This document shows, piece by piece, positions 37,803 to 53,300 of a stretch of 64,000 bases of DNA (position 1 is its first letter; each line of letters starts with the position of its first letter). The notes beneath the pieces were generated by a model. The model worked only from the letters and a program-made list of their open reading frames with translations. It did not search any database and had not been told where the DNA came from. The stretch covers positions 27,389 through 91,388 of the forward strand of contig CALXNM010000002.1 of the NCBI GenBank assembly GCA_944389745.1. The letters run 5' to 3'. Position numbers and translations under genes: made by a program. Source of the DNA: an uncultured Clostridia bacterium (GTDB lineage: Bacteria; Bacillota; Clostridia; TANB77; CAG-508).

Positions 37803-40800
37803 ATTTGCGTATTCTTCTTGTACAATAACAAATAGTTCTGTAAATAATATTCAAATAAATACAGAAGGCGCACAAAGTGAAATTTATGTAGGAGGAATAG
37901 CAGGAGGTATTCAAAATGCCACTGTAGAAAATTGCTATGTACGTGGATTAGTGATAAATGATGTAAAAGGAGTAAGTTCGGGTATCGGAGGAATAGTTGG
38001 ACTGGGAAGAAATGTTAACACAATTAGAAATTGCTATTCAGAAGGAACTATAATTTCAGACAATATAAATGTAGGGGGAATAGTTGGGAATATAGCTACA
38101 GCTACAATAGAAAACTGCTATTCAAAAATAAATATTTCAACTACAAATAGTAATGTAGGGGGGATTATAGGTAGCTATTCAGGAGGAGATATAAGCACTA
38201 TATCTAATAACTTAAGTATAGGAAATATATATACAACATCAGGATTAGATAGCATAAACAGGATAGTAGGAAGCAGTAGCAGTACAGCAAGCAACAATTA
38301 TGCATATGAACATCAATTGTTAAATGGATATACAAGAGAAGAAGAAAAAGGAGCTATTTTATTAAATAAGGAAGAAGCGTTAAATTTAAGTTTAGGAGAT
38401 AGCTATAATTATGATGATAAAGCAAAAGAAATATTGCCAAAATTGTATAATACTAAAGGAACAGAATTACTACCAAATCAAACTGATATACTAATTGATG
38501 GCAATACAGAAGAAAATGTAGACTTAGAAATTGAAAGTATTGAAGCTACAAAACCAAATACAACAGAAGCAGAAATATCAGTAAGAATAAAAAATCCAGA
38601 AGAGATAGAAATAACAGGAATTGAAGTAGAAGATTTAACTGTTACTTCTATAACAAGAAATGTGACACAAAACGGAATAACAAATATAGTAGTTAGAGCA
38701 ACTCCAAATAGATATTATGATAGTTATAAACTAACTGGAATTAAATACAAGAATTCATCAGGAGAAGAGCAAAAAAAAGAAGTAGAAAACGAAATAGAGG
38801 TACAGTTCTATAAAGAAATCTATACATATGAAGATTGGCAATCTATAGAAGAAGGAACTTACCAAAACTATAGATTAATGGCTGATATAGATTTTAGTGA
38901 AAAGACAAACATAAAAAACAACATAACACTTAATAGATTAGAAGCAGAAAACAATGTATACACATTAAAAAACATAGAACTAGAATTTAATGAGGAAAAT
39001 ACAGGATTAATAAATAATCTAAAAACAAGTATGAAAAATATAAGATTTGAAAATATAACAATAACTAATCAAGGAGGTTCTGGGGATTACTTTGGAATAA
39101 TTGCAAGTAATAATGGAAATCTAGAAAACTTGGAGTTTGAAAGCATAACAATAGATGGAACTGGAATAGATTATGTAGGGCTAATAGGAGGAGAAACATC
39201 AGGTAATATAGAAAATATAGAACTAAAAGACATTAATATAAAAGGAAATAACTATACTGCAGGATTTGCGGGTAATATTGATATAGGTGTCGATGCAACT
39301 GTAAATAATATTACAGGCGATAATGTAACAGTAGAAGGGACAGGAGATTATGTAGGAGGTTTAATAGGATATCAAAATGGTAACACAATAGAAACAAGTA
39401 ACTTAGCAATAAATAATTCAAATGTTACAGGAAACAATTATACAGGTGGATTAATAGGATTTCAAAATTATGGAACTTTAAATTATGCGGAAACAAACGA
39501 AACAAATATTACAGGAAATTCATATGTGGGAGGCATTGCAGGAGAATTTTACTCAACCACTGATAACAGATATAAAAGATATTATATGCAAATTAATTCA
39601 TCAACTATAACAGGAACAGGCGACTATATTGGAGGGACCGCGGGATATATACGTAACGGTTATCCAAGATATACGATAGTAAAAGACACTATAATAAATG
39701 CTCCTTCTGTAAATTCTGAATACATAGGAGGAATTACTGGTCAAACTTATTGGTTAAACATTTATTATTTCCAGATAATAAATTTAACAATTAATAGTAA
39801 TGGGAAAAGTATTGGCGGTGTATGCGGAGAAAATAGAGGTGATTTGAGGATAGGGTATGGATACGTCGAAGGAAAAGTAGTAAGTGGCGATTCATACGTT
39901 GGTGGAGTAATAGGCAGTCCGGGTACAAATGGCTGTAATATGTATGTATTTAATGTATATGTAAAGACCAATACAAAAGCCAATTCTAATACAGCTGGTG
40001 GGGTAATCGGTTTTGCCGATAATACAAATATGACAGCTGCAAATAATGTAATAAGAATTTATAACACAATGGTATTAGACAGTTATGTAACAGCTCCAAC
40101 TAAGGCAGGTGGATTAATTGGCGACATTGCAAAAGATATTTATAGAGGAGGGGCAGACTCTTATAATAACTATATTGATGCAGATGTAACAAGTACAAAT
40201 GAATCGACAGGCTCACTAATAATAGGTGGTAGACCAGACGAAAATGAATACGTAACCAATACATATGTGTATAGATATAGCACTTTAAATGGAAATTATG
40301 TATATACAACAAACGATAATATAGATAATGACCAATACCTAATAAGAACAGATTTAGACCAGCGAAGTACATATTCAAATAATATTGGATTAGGAACAGC
40401 TCATTGGACATATACGTTATTATCAGAAGAAAAATATCCTACAATACAAGACTCATATTTATACTACCCAGAACTACAAACTGGTGTAGACTTACCAACA
40501 GATCCAGACATTACAATAATAAACTCATTAAGTAATGAAGGTGAAAACGATGACAAAAGCAGGGAGGATGCAACAAATGAAAATGAAATAGCAACACAAA
40601 ACTTAGAAGAACTACCAACTTGGGCAGTGTATCCAGTATCAGTAAATGAGATAAATGTAGACTTTAGCTCAGTTCCAGAAGGAGTAAGCTTCACATACTA
40701 TGTAAATGGTGAAGAAAAAGAATCAATTGAACTAACACAAAAAACATACGCCTTCAAATACAATTACCAAGACACATTAGAAATCAAACTTACAAATGGC

Positions 40801-42171
40801 ACGAATGAAGAAACAATAACAATAACTCCAGAAGATGTAAGAAGTGAAGCAAGTTTAGTAGGAACAAACAATGCATATTTATTAGGTACAAGTTTATACA
40901 TTAACGGGGAAGTTCAAGATGGAAACTATGTAAATATATATGATAGATATGCACTAAATAGTAGTGGACAAGTTGTGGATATTACAACAAAACAAATGGT
41001 AACAAATGTAGCTGGTATTGTAAAAGAAAGTGCGAATGAAAATACAAGAGAAGTGAGTATTACTGATACCTTAGGCAATACGACAACAACTTCAGCAAAT
41101 AATGCTGAAAATGCAATTGCAGATACCAATGCATCAAAAAGAAACAAAGCGGTTACCACTGCACTACAACAAACAACAATACCACTTCACATATACGATT
41201 ACAAAGGTAGCACTATTGAAGTTTATGGAATATATAGCACAGTAGATGGCAATGTAAAACTACAAATTTACAATGTAAGAAATGGACAATTATCAGCTAT
41301 TTCAAGCAATGTAGATATGAAAGTTGGAAACAGCATAATAGATAACTACAATAATAAAGAATATCAAACAATATTAACAACTTCAGGAGAATTAGTAGAC
41401 TTAAAAGAACAACTACAATATCCAAATGACTTCTTAAGTAGCAACATTAATCAAATAGTACAAAATACAGAAGCAGAAAGTCCAGAAATGATGGTGTTAT
41501 ACAATACTGGAAAAGTGATTGTGTTCAACTATGTAACGGGAAAAGTTGTATACGAAAACGACGAAAAAGCAGATTCAGGCTTGATGAATTATTTAACAAG
41601 AAGCTTTGCAAATATATGGAGTAACTATGAAGATAGGGTGCAAGAGTATGCAAAAAGTAAAGAGTTAGAAGCAAAGCTTGCAGAATTATCAGTGGAAGAA
41701 GCAATGAAAGAAAATAATAAAACTGAAACGGCGATTTCTAGTGAAAATAGTACTATTGCAAATAACAACAGTAATGAAAATACTTTAACCGATGCCAATA
41801 CCAATACAAACTCAACAAATAGTAACAACACGAGCGAAAACTTAAGCACTGACGATGCTAGCTTAAATACTAACACAAACTCAACAACAGACAATAGCTA
41901 CATTACAGTATACAATGCAGATACAGGAGAATATGAAGTCTATAGTGAAGACGAAATACTAAACGGAGAAGATGAAAATCCGATATCTGAAACAGAAAAA
42001 ATAAAAGAAAATGGACTTGAAGGAGTATATGGATATGACACAAAAGAAGAAAGCAAACCACAAGCAAACGGAGCAATAATAGTTATTGCAATAATTGCAG
42101 TTGCTATAGTAGCCTTAGTTGTTCTAAGGAAAGTAATTGTAAAAAATAATAACCAAAAACAATTAAAATAA
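37722..42171 (+). pseudogene. Giant surface protein, paralog 4, segment C. It carries the GLUG cassettes and the C-terminal TM anchor. The ORF track starts it at 37747.
   Basis: ..AGSKIDNVHMTNVNITKTGSGYVGGIA.. aligns with the paralogs. C-terminus: ANGAIIVIAIIAVAIVALVVLRKVIVKNNNQKQLK. Confidence 0.7.
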
Positions 42172-42175
42172 AGAA

Positions 42176-42229
42176 AAAAATGTGAAACGAATTTGAAAAA
42201 AATTTTCAAAGAAAGTTTCACATTTTTTT
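42176..42229 (+). terminator. Rho-independent terminator of paralog 4
   Basis: aaaaatgtgaaac ... gtttcacattttttt with an inner palindrome. Confidence 0.7.
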
Positions 42230-42416
42230 ATTAAAAGACCTTCAAAAAATGTGTGAGTTTATACAAAAAGTTGTTAAGAAAATGCATGATTTTAAAAAAT
42301 GTATATCAAAACACTTAAAAAATGTATATTAAAATCGTTAAAAAATGTATATTAATCATTGAAAAATTATATAATATATGATAAAATAAGAAATATAAAA
42401 AGAAGGTGAAAAAGTA

Positions 42417-43694
42417 ATGTCTTTAAGAAAAAAGGAATATATAGATAGATTAATAGATAAAAAAATAGAAGATTATTTATCAATATTTGGAGCCGTGAGC
42501 ATAGAAGGTCCAAAATGGTGTGGTAAAACATGGGCATCATTAAACCATGCGAATAGCGCAGTATTTTTAGATGAAGATGTCACAAAAGAAAAGGCCAAGC
42601 TAAGTTTAGATTTAATTCTAAACAGTGAAAAGCCAGAATTAATTGATGAATGGAATTTGATTCCTGAGGTTTGGGATGCTGTTAGAAGAAAATGTGATGA
42701 AACAACTGAAAAAGGAAAATATATTTTAACATGTTCTACAAAATTAACAGATGGAGAGCAAAAAGAAAAAATACACCATTCTGGAGCTGGTAGAATAGGC
42801 AAAATACAAATGCATACAATGAGTTTGTATGAGTCAGGAGATTCAACAGGAAAAGTATCAATACGAGACATGTTAAACGGAACTTTAAAAAACGAACTAA
42901 ATGATAAGATTACATTAGAAAAATTAGCAAATTTGACAATTCGTGGAGGATGGCCTTCAAATATAGATACTCCTGAAGATAAAATAGGAATAATTCCAAA
43001 AAGCTATATTGATGCTATTCTAGATAATGATATAAATGATGATAAACAAAGAGATAAAAACAAAATGTCAATGTTACTAAAAAGTTTAGCGAGAAATGAA
43101 TCTACTATATCTAACAAGATGACACTTTTAAAAGATATTGAACAATATAGCAATGAAAAAGAGATAATTGAAAGTAGAATAACAATAGAAGATTATCTAG
43201 ATGTTTTAATTAGACTTCATATAATAGAAAATCAAAATGCATATAGTGAAAACTATAGGTCACCAAACAGAGTTGGAAAAGCAGCTAAAAGGCATTTTAC
43301 AGACCCTTCACTTGCATGTGCATGCTTAGACTTAACAAAGGATAAGCTATTAAATGATATACGAACATTTGGATTTATGTTTGAAGCTCTAGTAGAAAGA
43401 GATTTACGTATATATATGGATTATTTAGATGGAAAGCTATTTCATTTTAGAGATAATGTAACGGGATTGGAAGCAGATTCAATATTAGAATTTAGTGATG
43501 GAGAATATGCTATAGTAGAGATAAAACTTGGATATAATCAAGTAGAAGAGGCAAAAAGAAATTTATTAAATTTATATAATAACATGGTTAAAAAACCGAA
43601 ATTCATGTGCATTATAGTAGGCTTTACAGACATAATAGCAAAAGATACTGAAACAGGAATATACATTGTTCCAATTACAGCATTAAGACCATAG
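42417..43694 (+). CDS. AAA_14 / DUF4143-family ATP-binding protein
   Basis: P-loop GPKWCGKTW near the N-terminus. The length (425 aa) and layout are typical of AAA_14 plus DUF4143 proteins. GAAGGTGA RBS. Confidence 0.65.
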   Translation: MSLRKKEYIDRLIDKKIEDYLSIFGAVSIEGPKWCGKTWASLNHANSAVFLDEDVTKEKAKLSLDLILNSEKPELIDEWNLIPEVWDAVRRKCDETTEKGKYILTCSTKLTDGEQKEKIHHSGAGRIGKIQMHTMSLYESGDSTGKVSIRDMLNGTLKNELNDKITLEKLANLTIRGGWPSNIDTPEDKIGIIPKSYIDAILDNDINDDKQRDKNKMSMLLKSLARNESTISNKMTLLKDIEQYSNEKEIIESRITIEDYLDVLIRLHIIENQNAYSENYRSPNRVGKAAKRHFTDPSLACACLDLTKDKLLNDIRTFGFMFEALVERDLRIYMDYLDGKLFHFRDNVTGLEADSILEFSDGEYAIVEIKLGYNQVEEAKRNLLNLYNNMVKKPKFMCIIVGFTDIIAKDTETGIYIVPITALRP

Positions 43695-43701
43695 GAAATG
43701 A

Positions 43702-43747
43702 AACGAATATTGAGCTTTTAAATTAGCTTAATATTCGTTATTTCTTG
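43702..43747 (+). terminator. Hairpin terminator after the DUF4143 ATPase gene
   Basis: aacgaatattgagc / gcttaatattcgtt followed by a T-rich tract. Confidence 0.55.
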
Positions 43748-43814
43748 CAGGAATAAATGACTAATAAAAAATATACAAAAAAATAAAAAATAATGGTGCA
43801 ATTAAAAAAAGTTA

Positions 43815-43823
43815 TGATATAAT
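43815..43823 (+). promoter_or_regulatory. Extended -10 promoter (TGaTATAAT) for paralog 5
   Basis: Conserved motif and context. Confidence 0.5.
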
Positions 43824-43983
43824 AATTTACAATTAGGGACAAACTTGTTTTACAAAAGCAAGCTGTAAAAAGCCAAATGTATTTAAAATAAGTATATAAA
43901 ACAAAAGTAAATGCTTGAAAAACAAGGAAAAGAAGAAAGGAAAACTAGAAAGAAATGATAAAGCTTAAAAACCGCATGGCTCT

Positions 43984-44007
43984 AGAGAGAGAGAGAGAGA
44001 GAGAGAG
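43984..44007 (+). repeat. (AG)12 microsatellite in the paralog 5 leader
   Basis: Perfect AG x12. Confidence 0.95.
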
Positions 44008-44093
44008 GTACACTATTAAATAACAGATTCTTCACAGGAAGAATCCTATTAAACGTGCCTCAAATTTCTAAATATATAGATGGAGTAATTACA

Positions 44094-44160
44094 GGGATAG
44101 ACTGTATTATTGTAAGTGTTTGCAAGAGAAACATTTACAGTAGTATGGTCTATCCTTTTT
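44094..44160 (+). terminator. Leader terminator-like hairpin plus U-tract (paralog 5 copy)
   Basis: gggatagac...gtctatcc with inner stem aagtgttt/aaacattt (G-U pair), then TTTTT. Confidence 0.5.
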
Positions 44161-44301
44161 GTGTGTGAAAAAGAAATTTTTATACTTACTAAATTGAAAG
44201 TGAGGAAACTTTAAATTGCAATAATAACGATAAATATAAATTGAAACTCTAAAGAACGAATGTAAGCAAAAATAATCAAAAGCAGAAAGGAAAGATGTGA
44301 A

Positions 44302-47300
44302 GTGAAAAAGAGAGAAAGAACAAACAATAACAAAATTAGAAATACTGGGACCGACAAAAATATAAAAGAGAATAAAAGAGAAAGAAAAAACTTAAATAAA
44401 AGCGTAAACCAAAGTAAAGCCAAAAGAATAAATACAAAGAACTTACCAACCTTTATTTTAATAGGCTTAATCATAATGCTAATTATCATAGCAATTATTT
44501 ATTACGTGTTCATAAGATATGCTCCAGAAATGATAATTACATATAGTGGTTATGCAGTAGAAGGAAAAACAATGGTAGAAAATCTAAAAAATAGTGATGT
44601 GTCTAATGTAAATCCCTACTTAGGCTTAATTGAAGTGCACGAAAATGATTTGTTATATAAAAAGCTTAACTCATATTACATTGGAGAAGATAACAAAAAA
44701 GAAATAGATATAAACTACCCAATATACATAAACGAAGGAAATGCCCTATTAAACATCGGACCAACTACTAGGTTAATAACCGTAAATTATGAAGAGGTAG
44801 AAGGCTACCCAGACTTCATGATGACAGATGGAGTAATGTATAATGGAGCAGATATAACAAGAGCAGATGGGAACAAGTACATATTTCTAAAAAGTGAAGA
44901 TGAGATTTATACAAACGTAGGAAAAATACAAATAAGTACAGCATTAAATGACTATGAGATAAGAGAATTTAGTAATATATACTTTACAGAAGATTATATT
45001 GCGTATTATGAAATGCAAGACGGAAATAATGCCAACGATGGTAATGAAGAAAATTCTAGCAATGACTCTGAAAATGCAAAAGATGCAAATCAAAACAATG
45101 TGCAAAATTGGTATATGCGATACAAGAGAATAAACGATATAGATATGGACTCAAAGATAGAAGTAAATAACGAAACAATCACGTATAAAGAATTCCTAGA
45201 AAGACTTGGAATTATACAAACAGAAGAAAATAACAAAGAAGAAGTTGTAAACGAAACAAGTGAAATAGACGAAACCGCAGAAAACGATGTTGAAGAAGAA
45301 AGCACAACACAAGAAGAAAATAACGAAAGCAACACAACTATAAACGAAAGTGAACCAACAGAACAAGAGTGGCAAGAAGGTATGTGGGAAAAACCAACAG
45401 TAAGTTGCACGGACTTCGAGTCAGGTGTTTACACAATAAGTACCAACCTATCAGTAACAGATAGAGCAGGAGTAATATCGAGAGGAGTAATATTTGAAAT
45501 ATATTTGGACGGAAGATTAAATAGAAGAGCATTAGCAACACAAACAGGAAACATTGAAATAACAAATTTACAACCAGATACAGAATTTGAAATAAGAGGA
45601 GTATTTTACTACTATGATGAAGACGGAGTAGAACAAGAAGAAGAATTCTACACAGGAACAGTAAAAACAAAACCAATAAGTGCATTAGGAACAATAGACT
45701 TTAGTTTCCAAAATGGAGAAATATATTCTAATAAAATAGAACTAATACACCTAAAATTAAACAACGATTTAAACGAAGAAGTAATAAGAGGAATCTCAAG
45801 AATACAAGTAGAAATAGGAGATGTAGCATTTAGATTAACAAATGACCAAATAGACCAATTAAAAGCAGGAGAAGAAATAACATATCAAACAAGTGAAAGC
45901 TTAACATCAAATAGTAGAATAAAATATAAAATAACAGCATTTGATAGGTTCGGAAATGAACTAAAAGCAATAAATAATGAAGGAGAAACAATAACATCAA
46001 AACAATTACCAAGGGTAAGCATTACAGCAACAAAACAAGATGTGACAGAAGTAATCCTAGATGTAACATTAAATAATAAAGATAATGTAAGCTTAGAAAA
46101 CTATAGATATGAAATAACCAACCAAAGTGGAGAAATAGTAAAACAAGGAATATTAGGAAACAACGGAACAGCAAATGATGGAAGTAAAGAAACATTAACA
46201 TTTAATGATTTAGACCCAAATGGATACTACCAAATAATAATCTATGGAGATTACGATTTAGACAATGGAGAAGGCATACAACAAAATGCAGAGCTAGGAA
46301 GAGCAAGTTTTGTAACAAGACCACTAGCATCACTAGGATACATGCAAGTACATATAGATGATAAAGAAGTAACACAAAACAGCATGAACCTAGGCATAAG
46401 CATAGACGAGAATCAAACAGATGCAAGATTACTTGCTATATTAGATAAGGTAGAAGTTGTAATCTATGACCAAGGAAAAAATATAGAACATGACGAAAAG
46501 AACAATGGTGACAACGATGGCAGTGATGGAAATAATGAAGGCAGTGGTGACAATGAAGGTAGTGGAAATACTGGAGATAGTAACCAAGGGCAACAAGGCA
46601 ATGACAATAACGCACAACAAGAGACCGAAGTACAAAGAATAACATTTACAGAAGAACAAGTACAAAGCCTAAAAATAGCTGAAGAAGTAGAGCTAAACAT
46701 AGACCAATTAAACTCAAACACAATATACAGAATAGATGTAATAACAATGGTAAAACAAGGTACAGTAGAAACAGTGGTAGAAGATAAGCAAAACATAGAA
46801 CAGCTAATCACACTAAAAATGCCAGCAGAAGTACAAGTAAGAAACCAATTCGTAATAGGAACAATGATAGACTTGGACATAAGAATAGAAGATATAGATA
46901 ATGCAGTACTAACAAACCAAGTAAGAATTGAGGTAAGAGATAAGGACAATAAATTAATAGATTTAAGCGAAATGCCAACAAATGCAGAATATAAAAGAAA
47001 AACATATGAAGACCTAACACCAAATGAAACATATAGAATAATAGTATATGCACCACAATATAATATAGGAAGTACAGATGCAACATATGAAGCAGATTAT
47101 ATACTAAAAGAAATAAAAATAGTAACAGAAACTGGAATAAGTGGTAACTTAGACTTGATAGGTTTAGAAAAAACACCAACAGGGAAAAATTTAATAGATG
47201 TGTCATCTAAAGTAAATTGGTATGAGAAATGTTTCGATACTGGCCGTGTATATGCGCTTAATTATAATGAAAGTACTAAAACTCTTACTTTAGGAGAAAA

Positions 47301-50300
47301 TTCAAGTCATAATTTGGCATCATACTATGATTTAAGTAAATATATTGGACAAGAAATAACAATAAGTTTTAAGGCTAGATCTTCGTATACTAAAACCTTA
47401 AGCATAGTGGAAAAAACTTATGAAGATTTTTTGAAAACAGATATCGTAACATATTATACAATAAATGATTTAAGTAGTGAATGGAAAGAATACTTGTTTA
47501 CAGTAACACTAAGTAAAACTGGTTATATAGGACTTCGTACAACAACTAACGATATTACATCAGTAGAAATACAAGATTTACAAGCAGAACTTGGAAACAG
47601 AAAAACTGACTATGAAACATTCCAGTATGATTACAATGCAAATGTATCAATAACAGTAAATGACACAAGAGATGAAATAACAACAAATGATTACTACATA
47701 AGAATCTACAAAAATGATGAGCAAATTCAAGAAATTCGTTATGAAGAAATCGGAGAAGAAAACAAAGTAGAAAATGTACAAAAAACATACAATATAGAAC
47801 CAGATGCAAATTACAGAATAGAATTACTAGTAAAAATAACAGATAGATATTATGAACTAGACTCACAGGAGTTCTCAACAACTGGTGCTAGAGAACTAAA
47901 AGGAATATTAAATGAAAATGAATACTTAAAAATACAACCATATGGAGAATATATAATATTAAACGATTTAAATTTTTCAGTAGTTTCTGGATTACAATAT
48001 AGATTTGGTAGTTCTAATTTACGATTTGAAGGGAAAATAGATTTTAATGGAAAGACTGTAACTAAAGGAATGGTGAATAAGTATGCTCGATTATTTGACT
48101 ACATAGGAAACAATGGATTAATTGAAAATATGGTATTAGATTTGAAATTAAATGATGGTTATGGTACTTCTATGCTTGGAGCTATAGCTAATTTTAATTA
48201 TGGAACAATTCGTAATCTAGAATTTAATATAATAGAATCAAAAGAAAAATCTAATACAGAAATGTGGTTGATTTGTTATCAAAACTTTGGAACAATCGAA
48301 AACTTTGTAATAAATTTTAAAAAAACATTTTATTTGTATACCACCGGTGGAATGATGTGGTTAAATTATGGAACAGTGAAGAATGGATATATTTGTGGAG
48401 AAGATATAAAGATATTAAATCGATCAACTGCTTCTAACTATGCTTCAGGACTGGTACTAGCTAATAATAGAAATGGATTAATAGAGAATGTATTTACATT
48501 AATTAACTTGGATGTTATGTATAGCTCTAATCAAATAAAAGCACTTATTGCTCTAGAAAATAATAGTAATGCGACTATACAAAATGTATATTCAGTGATT
48601 GATGAACCAAGTAAGAATTTAAGTAGTGGACCAAATGTATATACTAAAAGTTCTGAAAAAATTTATAACAATTATTATTTCTCAGATGAAATATATACCA
48701 GTGAATTAGAAACAAAAGGAAATAAATTATCGTTATGGGATGCTACATTTCAAAATCAATTAATAAACGGTGATGGAGCATTTATAGTAGATGATTTAGT
48801 AAATGAAGGATATTATCCTCAGCTAAATATGCCAGATGTAATGCCAGCACAAGAATATATAGAATTACCAGAAGTAGAAGATGCGGATTTGCCAGATATA
48901 CTATCTACAAAAGTGTTAGAGCAAGGAACAGATACAGTAAAAGTTCAATTTAGTGTAAATAATCCATCTGCAGAGCTAATTAGTGATATTAAAATACAAA
49001 ATCTAGAGGTAGAGATATTGTCACAAGAGTATATCAATGGAAAAAGTATAGTAATAGCAGAATTAAAAAATCCAATAATATGTGTATCAAGTTATGATGT
49101 ACAAAGTATTACTACAAAAGGTGCATTTGGAAGCTCATATACAAGACCATATGATCCTGGAGAAAGAGTTATAAATGTAGATTTATACAAAGAAATTTGG
49201 AGTGTAAATGATTGGAGAGCAATAAATGATTCACCAACAGAAAATTATATGCTAATGACAGATTTAGACTTTATAAATGAAGAGAATACTATTAGATTAG
49301 ATAATGTAAACGGAATTTTAAATGGAAATGGACATACCATATCAAATGTAAATTTAACAAATAATTATTCGTTGATAGTCTATTTAAATGGGATACTAAA
49401 AAATATATACATTAATAATTTTAAGCAGGAGGCTACAACTAATGGAGGTTTAATAAGTGTTGCTCAGATAAGCTCGTCAATCGATAATGTACACATGTCA
49501 AATGTAAGTATAACAAAAACTGGAAGTGGTATGGTTGGTGGATTGGTGAGAGATGCTAATTCTAATGCAATAAAGAATAGCTCTGTTAATAATATTCAAA
49601 TAAATACCGAAGGAACTCAAAGCATGATGAGAATTGGAGGGATAGCGGGACAAATTAATAATACAGTAATAAATAATTGTTATGTGAAAAATATAAGTGT
49701 GAAGGATACAAAAGGAATTGAGTCTGGAGTAGGAGGAATTGCTGGGTATGGTTTGGTAGCTTGCACCATACAAAATTGCTATGCCGAGGGAAGAATTATT
49801 TCTGAAAATAATAATGTAGGAGGAATAGTAGGAGGTTTAGATGCTACTAATATTGAAAATTGCTATTCAAAAGTAGATATATCAACTACAAATAATAATG
49901 TAGGTGGAATTATTGGTTTATGTACTCAGGCTAATGCAAGTACTATATCAAATAATTTGAGTATTGGAAATATATATACAATAGCAGGAATTGACAATTT
50001 GGACAGAATAATTGGATTTGGTTCTGGAGAAAATGGTACTAATTATGCATATGAAAATCAGTTATTAAACGGATTCGTAAGCGATGAAGATAAAGGAGCC
50101 ACTCTATTAAACAAAGAAGAAATACTAAATTTAAACTTAGGAGAAAGTTACAATTATGATGATAAAGAAAAAGGAATTCTTCCTAAACTATACAACATGG
50201 AAGGAACAGAGTTGTTACCAAACCAAACAGACATATTGTTAGAAGATAATTATACTACAAAAGTAGAATTAGGAGTAGAAAACATTGAAGCAACAAAACC

Positions 50301-53300
50301 AAATACAACAGAAGCAGAGATTACAGTGAGAATAAACAATCCAGAAGAAGTAGAAATAACAGGAATAGAAATAGAAGATATGACAATTTCTTCTATTTCA
50401 AGAAATGTAACACAAAATGGAGTGACTAATATTGTAGTAAGAGCACTACCTACTAGATATTATGATAGTTATAAATTAACTGGAATAAGATATAAAACAG
50501 GAGTTTCTTCAGAAGAGCAAATAAAAGAAGTAGAAGCAGAAATAAAAGTACAATTCTATAAGGAAATCTATACATATGAAGATTGGCAAACAATAGAGGA
50601 AGGAACATTTCAAAATTATAGATTAATGGCAGATATAGATTTTAGTGGAAAAACTAATGTAAAAAATAATATAGCTGTAAATAGATTAGAAGCAGAAAAT
50701 AGAATATATATGCTAAAGAACATAAATTTACAGTTTAGTGCTGGAAATGCAGGATTAATACAAAATGTAAAAAACAGTATAAAAAATATAGGTTTTGAAA
50801 ATATAACATTAACTAATTCTTCAGGAGATCATTACTTTGGCGTTATAGCAAGTAATAATGGAGAAATAGAAAACTTGAGATTTAAAAATATAACAATAAC
50901 AGGAAAATTAATGCATTATATTGGAACAATAGGTGGAATGACATCAGGAAATATTAATAATGTAGAACTAGAAAATATAAACATTAATGGAAGCAGTCAT
51001 AATGGTGGATTGGTTGGATATTTGAGCTTGAATATGGGAGGCTCAATAAAGAATATAACAGCAGATAAGATAACAATAGTGGGAACAAGTACTTATACTG
51101 GTGGAATATTAGGTTATCAATATGGAAGTGGAGTAGAAATTACAAATATACATGTGGATAATTCAAATATAACAGGCAAAGATTATACAGCGGGAATTTT
51201 AGGAAATGGTTCACAAGGAAACCTAACATATTTCGAAGTAAACAACACGGATGTATCTGGAACTGCCTATGTAGGTGGAATTCTAGGCTACACGACTTCA
51301 AGTGAAAATACGATGCTTAGGATGTACATGCAAGTAAATTCATGCAATATAACAGGTGCTGGTAATTATGTAGGTGGAATCATTGGATCTTTTTGGGGAG
51401 GATATAATAGATATTGGAATGTAAATAATTCTCAAATAAATGTAACTTCAAGCTCTTCGGAAGATGTTGGAGGATTGGCGGGATTCTTAGGACAATCACA
51501 GTTATGGTACTTCCAAATAAACAATACAACAATATCTAGCAAAGGCAAAAATGTAGGTGGGGCAATTGGTTATACTTTGTCTAGAACAACATTAGGTTGG
51601 GGTTATTCATTTAATACAATTGTTTATGGAAGTACTACTGTAGGCGGCCTTGTTGGGTCAGGCAATTATCTTAACATAAAATCTGTGTATGTAAATGCAA
51701 ATGTAAAAGCCGATAACTCAGTGGCAGGTGGAGTGCTTGGATATGCACAAAACGCTAATGTGATTGCTTATGGCTCGCCAATTAATATATATACTGCATT
51801 GGTAGAGGATGGTTCTGTAGAAGCTCAATCAAAAGCAGGTGGATTAATTGGAGACTTAGAAACGGACATTTACAGAGATGGTACATTCTTCTATAACAAT
51901 TATATAGAAGCTGATGTAACAAGTACTAATACTTCTACAGGTTCACTTTTAATAGGAGGAAGACCAGATGAAAATCCATATATAGAAAATACATATGTGT
52001 ACAGATATAGCACTTTAAATGGAAATTATGTATATGGAACAAATGACAATATTGAAGATGAGCAGTATTTAATAAGAAGTGATTTGGATATACAAAGTAC
52101 ATTTTCTAGTAAAATAGGACTAGGTACAACATATTGGAATTATGCATCTTTATCAGAAGGAAAATATCCAAAGATAAAAGACCAATATATATACATGCCA
52201 GAATTACAAACTGGAGTTGATTTACCAACGGACCCAGAAATATCATCAATAAATTCATTAAGTCTCGGTGTTGAAATTAGTGAAGACAGTGCTAATGAGG
52301 CAGGGACTAACGCAAACAATATAGCAGAAGAAATTGGAATATCAACACAAAGCACAGAATCATTACCAAGTTATAAGGTGTATCCAATAAAGGTAGATGA
52401 GATAAACATAGGCTTTAGTGATATTCCAGAAGGAGTAAGCTTCACATACAGTGTAAATGATGAAAATGTGGAAAGCAAAAACATAACAAAAGGACAAAGA
52501 GCAGATAATGGATTAAATGAAAATAGTGATATAGACAACAACAATGCAAATGAATTACTTCAGCTAACGCAAAAAACATACACGTTCAAATACAATTACC
52601 AAGATACATTAGAAATTAAACTAACAAATGGCACTGACGAAGAAACAATTACAATAACTCCAGATGATGTAAGAAGTAATGCAAGTTTAGTAGGTAATAA
52701 CAATGCATACTTGTTAGAAACAAACTTATATATTAACGGAGAACTACAACCAGGTGAATATGTAAACGTATACGACGGTTATGCACTAAATAGCAGTGGA
52801 CAAGTTGTGGATATTGCAACGAAACAAATGGTAATAAATGCAGATAGTGTTGCAAGTGAAAATACAATTGCAGATGATAATGATGAAGAATCAAACGAAG
52901 CGGTTACAACATCTTTAAAACAAACAACAAAACCACTTCACATATACGATTACAAAGGTAGCACTATTGAAGTTTATGGAACATACAGCACAGTAGATGG
53001 CAATGTAAAACTACAAATTTACAATGTAAGAAATGGACAGCTATCAGCAATATCAAACAATGTGGATATGAAAGTCGGCAACAGCATAATAGATAACTAC
53101 AATGATAAAGAGTATCAAACAGTATTAACAACTTCAGGAGAATTAGTAGATTTGAAAGAACAACTACAATATCCAAACAATTTCTTAAGTAGCAACATTA
53201 AACAAATAGTACAAAATACAGAAGCAGAAAGTCCAGAAGTGATGGTGTTATACAATACTGGAAAAGTGATTGTGTTCAACTATGTAACGGGAAAAGTTGT